Assembly (NCBI GenBank): GCA_963558075.1 | Contig: CAUWFN010000001.1 | Coordinates: 7,000 to 70,999 of the forward strand | Source: an uncultured Clostridia bacterium | GTDB lineage: Bacteria > Bacillota > Clostridia > Peptostreptococcales > Anaerovoracaceae | DNA length: 64,000 nucleotides | Direction of reading: 5' to 3' | Shown here: positions 29,326 to 38,718 of the stretch, piece after piece | Layout: each line of letters opens with the position of its first letter | Position numbering within the stretch: position 1 is the stretch's first letter | Notes under the pieces: generated by a model | The model's database searches: none | The model's input: the letters and a program-made list of their open reading frames with translations, nothing else | Told to the model about the DNA's origin: nothing | Program-made: the position numbers and the translations under genes

Positions 29326-30195
29326 ATGGCTCTGAAAAAAGATGAATGGATTGCTTTAGAAAAGAAGGCATCACATTTAAGACAGCTTACTTTAGACACA
29401 TGTAACTGGGCAGGCAGTGCTCATATGGGCGGAAGCTTAAGCTCAATAGACTTTCTGACACTTCTATATTACAAGTATCTGAACTTTGATCCGAAGGATT
29501 ACGAAAATGAAGATAGAGACAGATGCATTGTCAGCAAAGGACATATCGGAGTTGCTCTTGCTGCACTGTTCTCAGATCTTGGACTTATAGAACACGAGGA
29601 ACTGAAAACCTTTAACTTGACAAACAGCAAGCTTGGAATCCATCTTGACTCTAACAAGGTAAAAGGTCTTGATACATCTACAGGTTCACTGGGACACGGA
29701 AGCGCAATGGCTCTTGGAATGGCACTTGCAGCAAGAGTTAGAGGAAAAAAATATAAGACATGGCTGCTTTTAGGAGACGGCGAATGTGACGAGGGAAGCG
29801 TATGGGAAGCTGCAATGGCAACTGCAAACTATAACGTGACAGACCTTATTACAGTGGTAGATAGAAACAAAGCAATGATAGACGGATTCACAGAAGACGT
29901 TATGAAGCTTGAGCCTTTTGCTGACAAATGGCGTGCATTTGGCTTTGATGTTATCGAAGTTGATGGACACCATATGGATAAGCTCAGCGATGCGATGGAA
30001 AAAGCTCTAGCAGCGACAGAAAAGCCTGTATGTATCATTCTTGATACAGTAAAAGGCGAGGGTATATCTTTCATGGCTGGTGACTACAAGTGGCACTATG
30101 GTGCGATGGATGACGAAAAGTACAAGAAGGCTACAGATGACCTGAAGAAGTACGAAGCTGAAAGAATAGAAAGAGCAGAAAGGGAGGCTAAGTAA
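29326..30195 (+). CDS. Transketolase-family enzyme, N-terminal (TPP pyrophosphate-binding) subunit
   Basis: SKGH, GSLGHG, GDGECDEGSVWEA motifs. 289 aa. Confidence 0.85.
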   Translation: MALKKDEWIALEKKASHLRQLTLDTCNWAGSAHMGGSLSSIDFLTLLYYKYLNFDPKDYENEDRDRCIVSKGHIGVALAALFSDLGLIEHEELKTFNLTNSKLGIHLDSNKVKGLDTSTGSLGHGSAMALGMALAARVRGKKYKTWLLLGDGECDEGSVWEAAMATANYNVTDLITVVDRNKAMIDGFTEDVMKLEPFADKWRAFGFDVIEVDGHHMDKLSDAMEKALAATEKPVCIILDTVKGEGISFMAGDYKWHYGAMDDEKYKKATDDLKKYEAERIERAEREAK

Positions 30196-31265
30196 TGGGC
30201 GGCATGAATTATACAGCAGTTGAAAGTACAAAAATGGCGACTGCGGAGATTTATGGAAAAACATTAGTTGAGTTGGGAGAAAAAGACCCTAGAGTTGTAG
30301 CTCTTACTGCAGACCTTGCAAAATCAACTAAAATCGGTGATTTTATGAACAAATTCCCGGAAAGGTTTTTCAATGTCGGTATAGCAGAGCAGAACCTATT
30401 TGGTGTTGCAGCAGGCATGGCAAAATGCGGTCTTGTTCCTTTTGCTAGCACATTCTCTGTATTTGCATCCCTTCGTGCAACAGACCAGCTACATGCTGAT
30501 ATATGCTATCAGAATGTAAATGTAAAAATAATCGGCACACACAGCGGAACATCTTTTGGTCAGGCGGGCTCAACTCACCATGCTATAGAAGACCTTGCAG
30601 TAGTAAGAAGTCTTGCGAACATGAGAGTTATCTGTCCTGCTGACGGATACGAAACAGCGAATGCGATAAGAGCAGCATATGAAATTGATGGTCCTGTATA
30701 TATTAGAATTAATAGGGGATTTGACCAGACAGTATATACGGGAGAAGATTATGGATTTGAATTTGGCAAGGGCGTTCAGATGACTGATGGTGATGACCTT
30801 ACAATAATTGCTACTGGAAGCTGCGTATTCCAGGCTATCCAGGCAGCACGTATTCTAGAGGGCGATTACAACATCAATGCAAGAGTAATTAACATACACA
30901 CTATCAAGCCTATTGATAAAGAAATCATAGAAAAAGCTGTATTCGAGACACGCAGAATCATAACCGTAGAAGACCATACAGTTATAGGAGGGCTTGGCTC
31001 AGCTGTATCTGATGTTGTTGTTGAAACAGGTAAAGCTTGTGCATTCAAAAAACTCGGCTTAAACGACAGATTCAGTGCAATCGGATTCCATGAAGACCTC
31101 ATGTCAATCAATGGAATAGATGCAGAATCCATCGCAAAAGAAGCAGTTGAGATGATGAAAAAATCTAAGGTTGTTGAATTTGATAACGAGGGTACAATTG
31201 TCAAAGCTCTCAAGTTTGATGACAGAGACTTTGAGGTTGATATTGATTGGACTGACGAGGTGTAG
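30195..31265 (+). CDS. Transketolase-family enzyme, C-terminal (pyrimidine-binding) subunit with about 40-aa C-terminal extension
   Basis: GIAEQN and GSTHH-type GQAGSTHHAIED motifs. ATG overlaps the upstream stop codon (TAATG). Confidence 0.85.
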   Translation: MGGMNYTAVESTKMATAEIYGKTLVELGEKDPRVVALTADLAKSTKIGDFMNKFPERFFNVGIAEQNLFGVAAGMAKCGLVPFASTFSVFASLRATDQLHADICYQNVNVKIIGTHSGTSFGQAGSTHHAIEDLAVVRSLANMRVICPADGYETANAIRAAYEIDGPVYIRINRGFDQTVYTGEDYGFEFGKGVQMTDGDDLTIIATGSCVFQAIQAARILEGDYNINARVINIHTIKPIDKEIIEKAVFETRRIITVEDHTVIGGLGSAVSDVVVETGKACAFKKLGLNDRFSAIGFHEDLMSINGIDAESIAKEAVEMMKKSKVVEFDNEGTIVKALKFDDRDFEVDIDWTDEV

Positions 31266-31268
31266 ACT

Positions 31269-32090
31269 ATGGTTACACAGAATGATTTATATGCATCAAA
31301 GATATTCTTCAACTCGGCAATTCCTCTTCTTAGAGTAATTATCGAGGATAAACCGGAGCTATCAAAAAAATTTGCAGGGAAAAATTTTGTTTTTCAGATT
31401 TCTGCAATGTATGACAAGGCTCCTGACGGAAAAATGGCTACTCACCTAGTGTGTGAAAACGGCAAGTTTACTGTTCATGTCTCAGACGTACATCCTAATC
31501 CGGATATTGAATTATGCTTTAGCGATTTGAATAAATTTATAGCATTTTTCACTGGACGTGGAACTCCACTTCCAAAGCTGAAGGGAGTGTTTAGTAATCT
31601 TGGAACATTCATTCCTCTTCTAAAAGGGCTTTTGACTATGTCAAAGCTTCTCAGTGCAGAGGATGCACCAAAGGATCCTGATGACCAAAAACTTACAGTA
31701 AAATTGTATTTTTACTTGCTTTCAAATGGAATCAGCCAGCTTAACAAAGCAGGTCATGAAAAAATACACAAGTGGGCACTTGAATCGCCAGATAGAGCTT
31801 ATGCTTTTGCTGTTACAGGTTATCCTGACCTACAAAGTTATATAAGAGTAAAGGAAGGAAATTCAAAGGCTGGAAGAGGCGAGTATCCTAGATGTAAGCC
31901 TTTCCTAACCCTTAGATTTGACAGTCCGCTTCATGCGCTTGATATTCTTATGGGAAAAGGCGATATGATAGAATATATAGCAGCCGGATACCTGACTGTT
32001 GAGGGTGCTCCGGAATTTGCAGCCGTAATAGGAGACTTCATGTTTGCAGTAGGTGATTATGCAAAAGGTCTGTATCTTGATTGGAAATAA
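31269..32090 (+). CDS. SCP2-like domain protein, paralog of 27271..28026
   Basis: 273 aa. N-terminal and C-terminal regions align with the first gene of the operon. SCP2-like C-terminus. Confidence 0.5.
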   Translation: MVTQNDLYASKIFFNSAIPLLRVIIEDKPELSKKFAGKNFVFQISAMYDKAPDGKMATHLVCENGKFTVHVSDVHPNPDIELCFSDLNKFIAFFTGRGTPLPKLKGVFSNLGTFIPLLKGLLTMSKLLSAEDAPKDPDDQKLTVKLYFYLLSNGISQLNKAGHEKIHKWALESPDRAYAFAVTGYPDLQSYIRVKEGNSKAGRGEYPRCKPFLTLRFDSPLHALDILMGKGDMIEYIAAGYLTVEGAPEFAAVIGDFMFAVGDYAKGLYLDWK

Positions 32091-32142
32091 TGTGAAAAAA
32101 GAGTAAACTGCTACACGTAAAGTAGATAATTGAAAAAATATA

Positions 32143-32180
32143 AAAACTGCCAGTAGAAATTTATCTGCTGGCAGTTTTTA
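32143..32180 (+). terminator. Intrinsic terminator of the SCP2/transketolase operon (also the intron insertion site)
   Basis: Perfect 11-bp stem AAAACTGCCAG / CTGGCAGTTTT. The intron 5' GTGCG starts 2 nt after the T-run. Confidence 0.8.
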
Positions 32181-32181
32181 T

Positions 32182-32939
32182 GTGCGCTCGGCGAGCGCAC
32201 ATTCTAACGGGCGAAAGTCCCGAATCCGCCCGGTAGTGGGAAGGATATAGCCGAAGACAAGGGTGTCTATCGTGAGGTAGAATCTGAAGGAAGTTGGATG
32301 TGGGGAACATACTAACCCACGGGCAAAGCTCCGGTCTGACGAACAGAAATCATATACGAGGTTATGTATGAGGGTAAGTCTTCCATACAAGATGAAGCCC
32401 AATAACTACACGGAATCATACATAATAGATATGGCAGACAGATGGAGTGAAAGAATGTGTGAGTACCCGAGGAGGTCTGTGTGGAATGCTTTGAAAGAAG
32501 TAAGCAACATCGCAAGGTGTTGTTGACCACGCAGAAGTCAGCAGAGGTAATATATATGAGGGGATGGCTTAATTACTATGCAGTTGCAAGTATGAAAGGA
32601 AGTATTGAGACTCTCAACGGATGGTTATACCACAGAATAAGGATGTGTATCTGGAAAATGTGGAAAAGACCGAGAGGTAGAATGAAATACCTAATGAAGC
32701 TTGGAGTATCAAAAGAATTGGCATATATGACTGCAAATTGTCGGAAAGGTTATTGGTGGACATCTAACACACTAAGTGTGAAAATGGCACTCACAAAAGA
32801 AAGACTGATAAGCAAAGGATATTATGATTTATCCAACGCCTACCAGTCTATGCACGTCAACTATTGAAACCGCCGTGTACGAGAACCGTACGCACGGTGG
32901 TGTGAGAGGACGGGAGCTAGTCACTCCCTCCTACTCGAT
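32182..32939 (+). mobile_element. Group II intron, ORF-deleted derivative (terminator-targeting, class C-like)
   Basis: 5' GTGCGC consensus. Domain V-like hairpin CCGCCGTGTACGAGAACCGTACGCACGGTGG at about 32870-32900. Domain VI hairpin with bulged A near 32933. Internal remnant of maturase. The 3' boundary is uncertain by about 6 nt. Confidence 0.8.
32556..32867 (+). pseudogene. Remnant of group II intron reverse transcriptase/maturase (only the C-terminal X/maturase region is left)
   Basis: RGWLNYYAVASMK...WKRPRGR... matches the maturase domain. Only about 100 aa remain and no RT motif such as YADD is present. Confidence 0.75.
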
Positions 32940-33067
32940 TACAAATGTGTTACATATTATATATTAGTAGATTGAAGCATATTATCTAGTAGAGTATAAT
33001 AGTAAAGAAAAATGGCTTTACTTTCTAAGTATTTTGATGGAAAGCGAGGTTAAATAGAGGGGGACTT

Positions 33068-33649
33068 ATGAATTTTGGATTTTCGTTTTTCTTTACAAAT
33101 ATTTTGCTAGGCATTGGACTTGCAATGGATGCGTTTTCTGTATCTCTCGCAAATGGATTGAACGAGCCTGATATGAAAAAACAGCGAATGGGTCTTATTG
33201 CTGGAGTCTTTGCAATTTTTCAGCTTGCGATGCCTATGATTGGATGGGTACTGGTATCTAATGCGGCAAAGCAGTTTGAGACTTTTGAAAAATGCATTCC
33301 TTGGATTGCATTACTACTTCTTGGAATTATCGGAGGCAAGATGCTTTTTGAGGGCATCCGAGATAGAGCAGAGAATACTAGTCAATCAGCCGTTGGAATA
33401 AAAGGCCTTATGGTTCAGGGAGTTGCAACCTCAATAGATGCTCTGTCTGTTGGGTTTACTATTTCAGGATACAATATTATAGAAGCATTTTGTGCATGCC
33501 TATTAATTGGCATTGTTACATTTGTAATTTGCTGCTTGGGGCTTGCAATTGGTAAAAAAGCAGGAATGAAGCTTGCCGGAAAAGCTGGAATACTCGGAGG
33601 GGCTATTCTTATTTTCATTGGCCTTGAAATTTTTATAAAAGGTATATAA
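33068..33649 (+). CDS. mntP: Manganese efflux pump MntP
   Basis: Duplicated DAFSVS-type motifs (GLAMDAFSVSL, ATSIDALSVGF). 6 TM, 193 aa. Confidence 0.85.
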   Translation: MNFGFSFFFTNILLGIGLAMDAFSVSLANGLNEPDMKKQRMGLIAGVFAIFQLAMPMIGWVLVSNAAKQFETFEKCIPWIALLLLGIIGGKMLFEGIRDRAENTSQSAVGIKGLMVQGVATSIDALSVGFTISGYNIIEAFCACLLIGIVTFVICCLGLAIGKKAGMKLAGKAGILGGAILIFIGLEIFIKGI

Positions 33650-33651
33650 AA

Positions 33652-33688
33652 ATATGCAGACGTTTGATTTTTGTCTGCATATTTTTTA
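33652..33688 (+). terminator. Intrinsic terminator after mntP
   Basis: Perfect 10-bp stem ATATGCAGAC / GTCTGCATAT followed by TTTTTT. Confidence 0.8.
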
Positions 33689-33709
33689 GTGTATTTTTTA
33701 TTTGACGGT

Positions 33710-35878
33710 TCATCGATTTGATCTGAATTTATCTAAGATGCGGCTGAAGAAACCGTGTTTTTCTGGAATATATTCCATCTCTGTGTGAGAAGATGTTTTC
33801 ATAAATTGATCTTGGCTGCAGAAATCTAGCTCGCGGGATTTGTGCTTTCTACAATATACGCCATCGGCCATCATAAAGCTTGCTTTGCATTCATCGCGAA
33901 GTTGGCATGAAAGTATCCATTTAAGCTGATCTTTTATATCCGGGTCATGAATAGGACATGCAATTTCAACTCGTCTATTGAGATTACGCGTCATTATATC
34001 GGCAGAAGATATGTACAGGGCCTCATCTCCTCCTTTACCGAAACAGTATATGCGCGCATGCTCAAGGAAGCGTCCTACTATACTTGTAACGTGAACATTT
34101 TCTGTATACTCAGGAACACCTGGAAGGATACAGCATATTCCTCTGATGATAAGTTGAACCTCTACACCGGCCTGCGAAGCTTCGGCAAGCTTATCTATTA
34201 TATCGCGCTCTGTAACTGAATTTGATTTTATGCAGATATATCCATCAGAGCCTTTTGATATTTCTCTATCTATTAGATCGCATAGAGTGCTTTTGATGCC
34301 AAATGGAGCTACGAGAAGCTCCTTGTATTCTCCTGCAAGATTGTTTATGAGCATGTTGCGGAAGAATGCTGTTCCATCTTCTCCGATTGCGTTAGATGCT
34401 GTCATAAGACTCAAATCTGTGTACATGGTGTTGGTCTTTTCGTTGTAGTTGCCTGTACCTATCTGAGTAATATATTTCATTTTTCCTTTACTTCTCATCG
34501 TAATTAGGCATATTTTGCTGTGACACTTGTAGTCTTCTACGCCGTATATAACTTGACATCCGGCTTCCTCAAGAATTTTCGACCATTCTAGATTGTTTGA
34601 TTCATCAAAACGTGCTCGAAGCTCCATAAGGACGATAACCTCCTTGCCGTTTTCGGCGGCTCTACATAGGGTGCGCACAATCTTTGATAGAGATGCCAGA
34701 CGATAAATAGTGATTTTTATTGATACTACATCCGGGTGCTCAGCGGCCTCATTTAGCAACTTGAGAAAAGGCTCTACGGAATCAAATGGGTAGAATAATA
34801 GCTTATCTTTTTTTAGAACCTGCTCTATCATGCTGTGATTTTGACTAATATCCTCGGGCCAGCGACCTACATAGTTTGGATAAAGCAGAGAAAAAGATTG
34901 CTCTGGTGTGAGTTCTGATGCAAGCTTGAAAACGTATCCCATGTTCAAAGGACACGAGTCATAATATACCTGATAAGGTTTTACATGCATCATTTCCATA
35001 AGCCTTGTAAGAAGTGCATCTGAAGGATGTCTATCAAGCTCCATGCGAACAACAGACTGGTACTTACGCTTTTTTAGTAGCTTTTCCATTATGAGACGAA
35101 AGTCATCTTGAGTGTCTTCGAATTTTTCTACATCATAGCTTATATCTGCATTTCGTGTTATTGCAGTAACGCAAGATTCACTTACCTTATATGAACCGAA
35201 CAAAGAAGATACCCAGTGTAGAATAATTTTCTCTGTACGAATGTATCTGATGTTAGACTCTGGTAGACGAACGTAAGGTGCAAGGGTGTCTGGAATTGGA
35301 ATAAGACCGATTGATTTTCGGCCTTTTTTATCTTCGAGCAGTGCACATATGCAAAGTGCTTTTGTTGTAAGTCTAGGTGCCGGGTGATGGGGTCCTACGA
35401 TGATTGGCGAGATAAAAGGCAGAATGTTTGCAGCAAAATAGCTTTCGACAAAACGCTTTTCCTTTTCTTTTAGCTCATCAAAGCAAAGATCCTCTATACC
35501 GGAGGTTTTTAGATCTGTCATAACAGATTCGTAGATTTGTTTTTTCTGTTTTATGAGTCCTGGTATGACGTTATAGATTTTACAAAGCTGTTCATCTGGA
35601 GTCAGACCTGTTTTATTATCTATTTCATCGGCATGAATTCTGGAAAGGTCAAAAAGACTTCCAACTCTTACCATAAAAAATTCATCTAGGTTACTGGAAA
35701 ATATAGATACGAACTTTAGTCTCTCCATTGGGGGAACGTATCGATCCTCAGCCTCTTCGAGCACTCTTTGATTAAACCTAAGCCAGCTGAGCTCACGGTT
35801 TTGAGTATATATATAATTCAATTCTTCTGATTTTAACTCTCCGGATTTTGATCGTCCAGATTTAGAATTGTTCTGCAT
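33710..35878 (-). CDS. ppk1: Polyphosphate kinase 1
   Basis: 722 aa. NRELSWLRFNQRVLEEA N-terminus and two PLD-like HKD-type regions. GGGAGGG RBS. Overlaps the ppx 3' end by 46 nt. Confidence 0.9.
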   Translation of the reverse strand: MQNNSKSGRSKSGELKSEELNYIYTQNRELSWLRFNQRVLEEAEDRYVPPMERLKFVSIFSSNLDEFFMVRVGSLFDLSRIHADEIDNKTGLTPDEQLCKIYNVIPGLIKQKKQIYESVMTDLKTSGIEDLCFDELKEKEKRFVESYFAANILPFISPIIVGPHHPAPRLTTKALCICALLEDKKGRKSIGLIPIPDTLAPYVRLPESNIRYIRTEKIILHWVSSLFGSYKVSESCVTAITRNADISYDVEKFEDTQDDFRLIMEKLLKKRKYQSVVRMELDRHPSDALLTRLMEMMHVKPYQVYYDSCPLNMGYVFKLASELTPEQSFSLLYPNYVGRWPEDISQNHSMIEQVLKKDKLLFYPFDSVEPFLKLLNEAAEHPDVVSIKITIYRLASLSKIVRTLCRAAENGKEVIVLMELRARFDESNNLEWSKILEEAGCQVIYGVEDYKCHSKICLITMRSKGKMKYITQIGTGNYNEKTNTMYTDLSLMTASNAIGEDGTAFFRNMLINNLAGEYKELLVAPFGIKSTLCDLIDREISKGSDGYICIKSNSVTERDIIDKLAEASQAGVEVQLIIRGICCILPGVPEYTENVHVTSIVGRFLEHARIYCFGKGGDEALYISSADIMTRNLNRRVEIACPIHDPDIKDQLKWILSCQLRDECKASFMMADGVYCRKHKSRELDFCSQDQFMKTSSHTEMEYIPEKHGFFSRILDKFRSNR

Positions 35879-36753
35879 AAGTAGCCCTCCCTTGCACCAT
35901 ATTTACATATTACAATATCTTCTGCCTGGAACCTGCGGCATATGTGTTCAAGTATCATAGCGCCAGGAACCATAGTGTGGATACGTTCAGGCATTGACTT
36001 TAAAAGTAGCTGAATCATATCTTTGTCTTTGCTGCAAAGAAGGCTCAAGATTTCGCGCAGCTGTTTTGCTTTTATATGGTTTGAGTCATAGGAAAGACCG
36101 TATGCTTTTTGCGTGATTTTTAAAATTGCCCTGGCAGTTCCGCCAACACAAAGAAGTGTAGATGTTCTGTCGAAGGTAAACCATGGGTTTTTATCAATTT
36201 CAAGAGTCAGTGCTTCCTCTATTCTTCTTATAGAGCCTTTGCCCGGCAGGATGTTTTTTACGCAGTCTTTATAAAGACGAAGGGAACCTACAGGGTAGCT
36301 GATTTCATTTACAGCACGGCCGTCTTCGAACCTTAGAACCTCGGTACTGCCGCCTCCTATATCGATGAAAGCTCCATTTTTTAGATGAGAGTCGTGCATA
36401 GCACCGTAAAAACCGCACAGGGCTTCCTCGGCGCCTGTCAAAACATCGACACAGAAGCCGGTAGCGGCTTTGACAGCGTGAATCGCCTCATCGGTGTTTT
36501 GAATGTTTCTTAGGGACGCCGTAGCAAAAACAGCAACATTGGAAATTTCCAGTGTTGCTAGAATTTCTTTGAATCTCAGTAAGTCTGAGCATGCGCACTG
36601 TATGCCCTCGGAAGAGAGTACGCCATTTTCAACGTAGCCGGCAAGGCCAGTCATTGCTTTTTCTTTAAATAAAATTTTAAACTCCGAGCCGTTTACTTTG
36701 TAAACTGTAAGTCTCATGGAGTTTGAACCAATATCAATTATTGCCTGTTTCAT
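35833..36753 (-). CDS. ppx: Exopolyphosphatase (Ppx/GppA family)
   Basis: IIDIGSNSMRL and DIGGGSTE ASKHA-fold motifs. ATG 36753 preferred over TTG 36774. Confidence 0.85.
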   Translation of the reverse strand: MKQAIIDIGSNSMRLTVYKVNGSEFKILFKEKAMTGLAGYVENGVLSSEGIQCACSDLLRFKEILATLEISNVAVFATASLRNIQNTDEAIHAVKAATGFCVDVLTGAEEALCGFYGAMHDSHLKNGAFIDIGGGSTEVLRFEDGRAVNEISYPVGSLRLYKDCVKNILPGKGSIRRIEEALTLEIDKNPWFTFDRTSTLLCVGGTARAILKITQKAYGLSYDSNHIKAKQLREILSLLCSKDKDMIQLLLKSMPERIHTMVPGAMILEHICRRFQAEDIVICKYGAREGYLCRTILNLDDQNPES

Positions 36754-37043
36754 ACTATTTTTATATCCTTTCAACCATATATTTTATAGCGGGAATGTTA
36801 AATCAAAGTGCATAGAAATGTTAAATATATTTAAAGTTTTTGGCAAAATAGGCAAGGATGTGAGACAAAATGGCTTGAAGAAGCTTTGATTTTTGTTTTT
36901 GGAATGCTCATTTGATATGCTACACACTTTTGTATTTACGGAGGAACACGAATTTGATATAATATTATATAGTTGTATATTTGAACCGGAAAAGGTGGGT
37001 TCGGATACAGCCTCAGCACTATAAAACTGGAAGGATGACTAAT

Positions 37044-37814
37044 ATGAAGAAAAAACTACTGGCACTGGCGGGTATCCTTATAATGTCATTTTCGATGTTC
37101 GGCTGCAGTGATGCGGCAGGGCAGGCACTGGAGGATTACCTTATTTCTGAGTTTGGTGAATGGGCAAGCGAATACCTCGAGGGCATTGCAGAGGCAGATG
37201 TAGCAAATATAGACACATCAGCTCGCGTAAGTCCTTCTGACATACCGGAGTATGACGGGGTGCCTTTTGCAGAGGTAAACAGAGGACAGCCGAATTTTAC
37301 AGAGGCTGATCTGATACCGGAATCCTACGAGTACTATGGAGAACTCGACTATCTTGGTAGATGCACCGTTGCAGAAGCCTGCGTAGGGCAAGATCTTATG
37401 CCTACAGAAAAGAGAGGTAACATAGGTAGCGTCAAACCTACAGGGTGGGTTGTCGCAAAGTATGATTTTGTTGATGGAAAATACCTGTATAACAGATGTC
37501 ACCTTGTGGGCTACCAGCTTTCTGGGGAAAACGCAAATAGGGGCAACTTAATTACAGGAACAAGATATATGAACGTTGATGGAATGCTTCCATTCGAAAA
37601 TATGATTGCCGATTATGTTAAGGAAACAGGTAATCATGTAATGTATCGTGTAACTCCGATTTTCGAAGGCGATAATCTCGTTGCATCGGGAGTTCAGATG
37701 GAAGCAAAATCCATAGAAGATAATGGTGAGGCGATTTGCTTCAATGTTTTTGTTTATAATGTGCAGCCGAACGTAATAATTGATTATGCGACCGGTGAAA
37801 GCTACGAAGAATAA
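37044..37814 (+). CDS. Secreted lipoprotein DNA/RNA non-specific endonuclease (EndA/NucA DNA-entry nuclease type)
   Basis: Signal peptide with lipobox SMFGC. NRCHLVGYQLSGENAN and GTRYMN catalytic-region motifs. Confidence 0.8.
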   Translation: MKKKLLALAGILIMSFSMFGCSDAAGQALEDYLISEFGEWASEYLEGIAEADVANIDTSARVSPSDIPEYDGVPFAEVNRGQPNFTEADLIPESYEYYGELDYLGRCTVAEACVGQDLMPTEKRGNIGSVKPTGWVVAKYDFVDGKYLYNRCHLVGYQLSGENANRGNLITGTRYMNVDGMLPFENMIADYVKETGNHVMYRVTPIFEGDNLVASGVQMEAKSIEDNGEAICFNVFVYNVQPNVIIDYATGESYEE

Positions 37815-37865
37815 ATTCTGCAGAAAACAAAATAGCCCGTATGGGCGTGAAAGGTGAAAAGAATT

Positions 37866-38630
37866 ATGGGACTTGACGTATATGCAGGAACACTGACCCG
37901 TTATTATACGGGCAATTGGAAAACAAGAGCTCAGCAGTGGGCGGAAGAAAACGGATATGAATTTTCCAAGGTTACACCAGAAGGTGAAAACGTGCAGGAG
38001 GAGACAGTTACAGATCCTGCGAAGGTAGAGGAAGTGGTTTGCGCGTGGAGAGATTTTGTTGTATCTCAGCTTGACGAAAAAAGAAGCGGCACATTTTCTC
38101 TATGGGAAGAAAACAACACCAAAGAGTACTACACAGATAAGCCTGACTGGGAGGCTTATGGTGCGCTTATTCTATACGCAGCATCAAAGGTGTTCGACGA
38201 GACTCTTCAGAAAAATGTTAAGAGAAACTGGGACTTTGGTTCTCACCCTCTCATAAAGAAAGCTCTCAAGGATCCTGAACACAAGTGGAGCCTGTTCAAG
38301 GGCGCTACCTTATGGATTCCAGAAAATGACCCAATCGTGTTCATAGGGCCTACTCCATCAGAGGATAATTCAACTGTAAGTACAACAAGAGCGCTTTCCG
38401 AGGAGCTTAGCATGATTAACGAGCTTGGCTGGAATGCATCTGAGGAAGATATTCTTTCGTGGAGAGATACAGAAGGATACCCGGAAACTGTAGATGAAGA
38501 TGACATAAAATCTGTAAACGAGAATATGTTCCTCGACACAGAGTCACTTGCAAAATTTGCATATTCTGTAATGTATCGTGCAGTTAACTATGCGATGGAA
38601 AATAACGTGCCTATTGTTTTAGATTACTAG
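37866..38630 (+). CDS. Hypothetical acidic cytoplasmic protein
   Basis: No recognised motif. ATG 37866 has an AAAGGTG RBS (the GTG 37854 of the ORF track has none). Confidence 0.5.
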   Translation: MGLDVYAGTLTRYYTGNWKTRAQQWAEENGYEFSKVTPEGENVQEETVTDPAKVEEVVCAWRDFVVSQLDEKRSGTFSLWEENNTKEYYTDKPDWEAYGALILYAASKVFDETLQKNVKRNWDFGSHPLIKKALKDPEHKWSLFKGATLWIPENDPIVFIGPTPSEDNSTVSTTRALSEELSMINELGWNASEEDILSWRDTEGYPETVDEDDIKSVNENMFLDTESLAKFAYSVMYRAVNYAMENNVPIVLDY

Positions 38631-38718
38631 TTAGGTTAGTAAATTTTGAGAAGAAAAATTTGAACAGGGAAGTAGTTGAATTTCTAGAAGTAGGCACCGG
38701 AAAGGATATTAAGCTAAA

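Noticed and set aside
30866-31312. 148-aa minus-strand ORF antisense to the transketolase C subunit
   Set aside because: It is a Ser/Thr/Ile-rich shadow ORF with no translation signals.
32178-32530. Minus-strand ORFs 32178-32402 and 32312-32530
   Set aside because: They lie inside the structured 5' part of the group II intron RNA, with no RBS or homology.
32940-33067. yybP-ykoY (Mn) riboswitch upstream of mntP
   Set aside because: No GGGGAGTAG-type 5' core or matching 3' half is visible, and the region is AT-rich with only a short hairpin.
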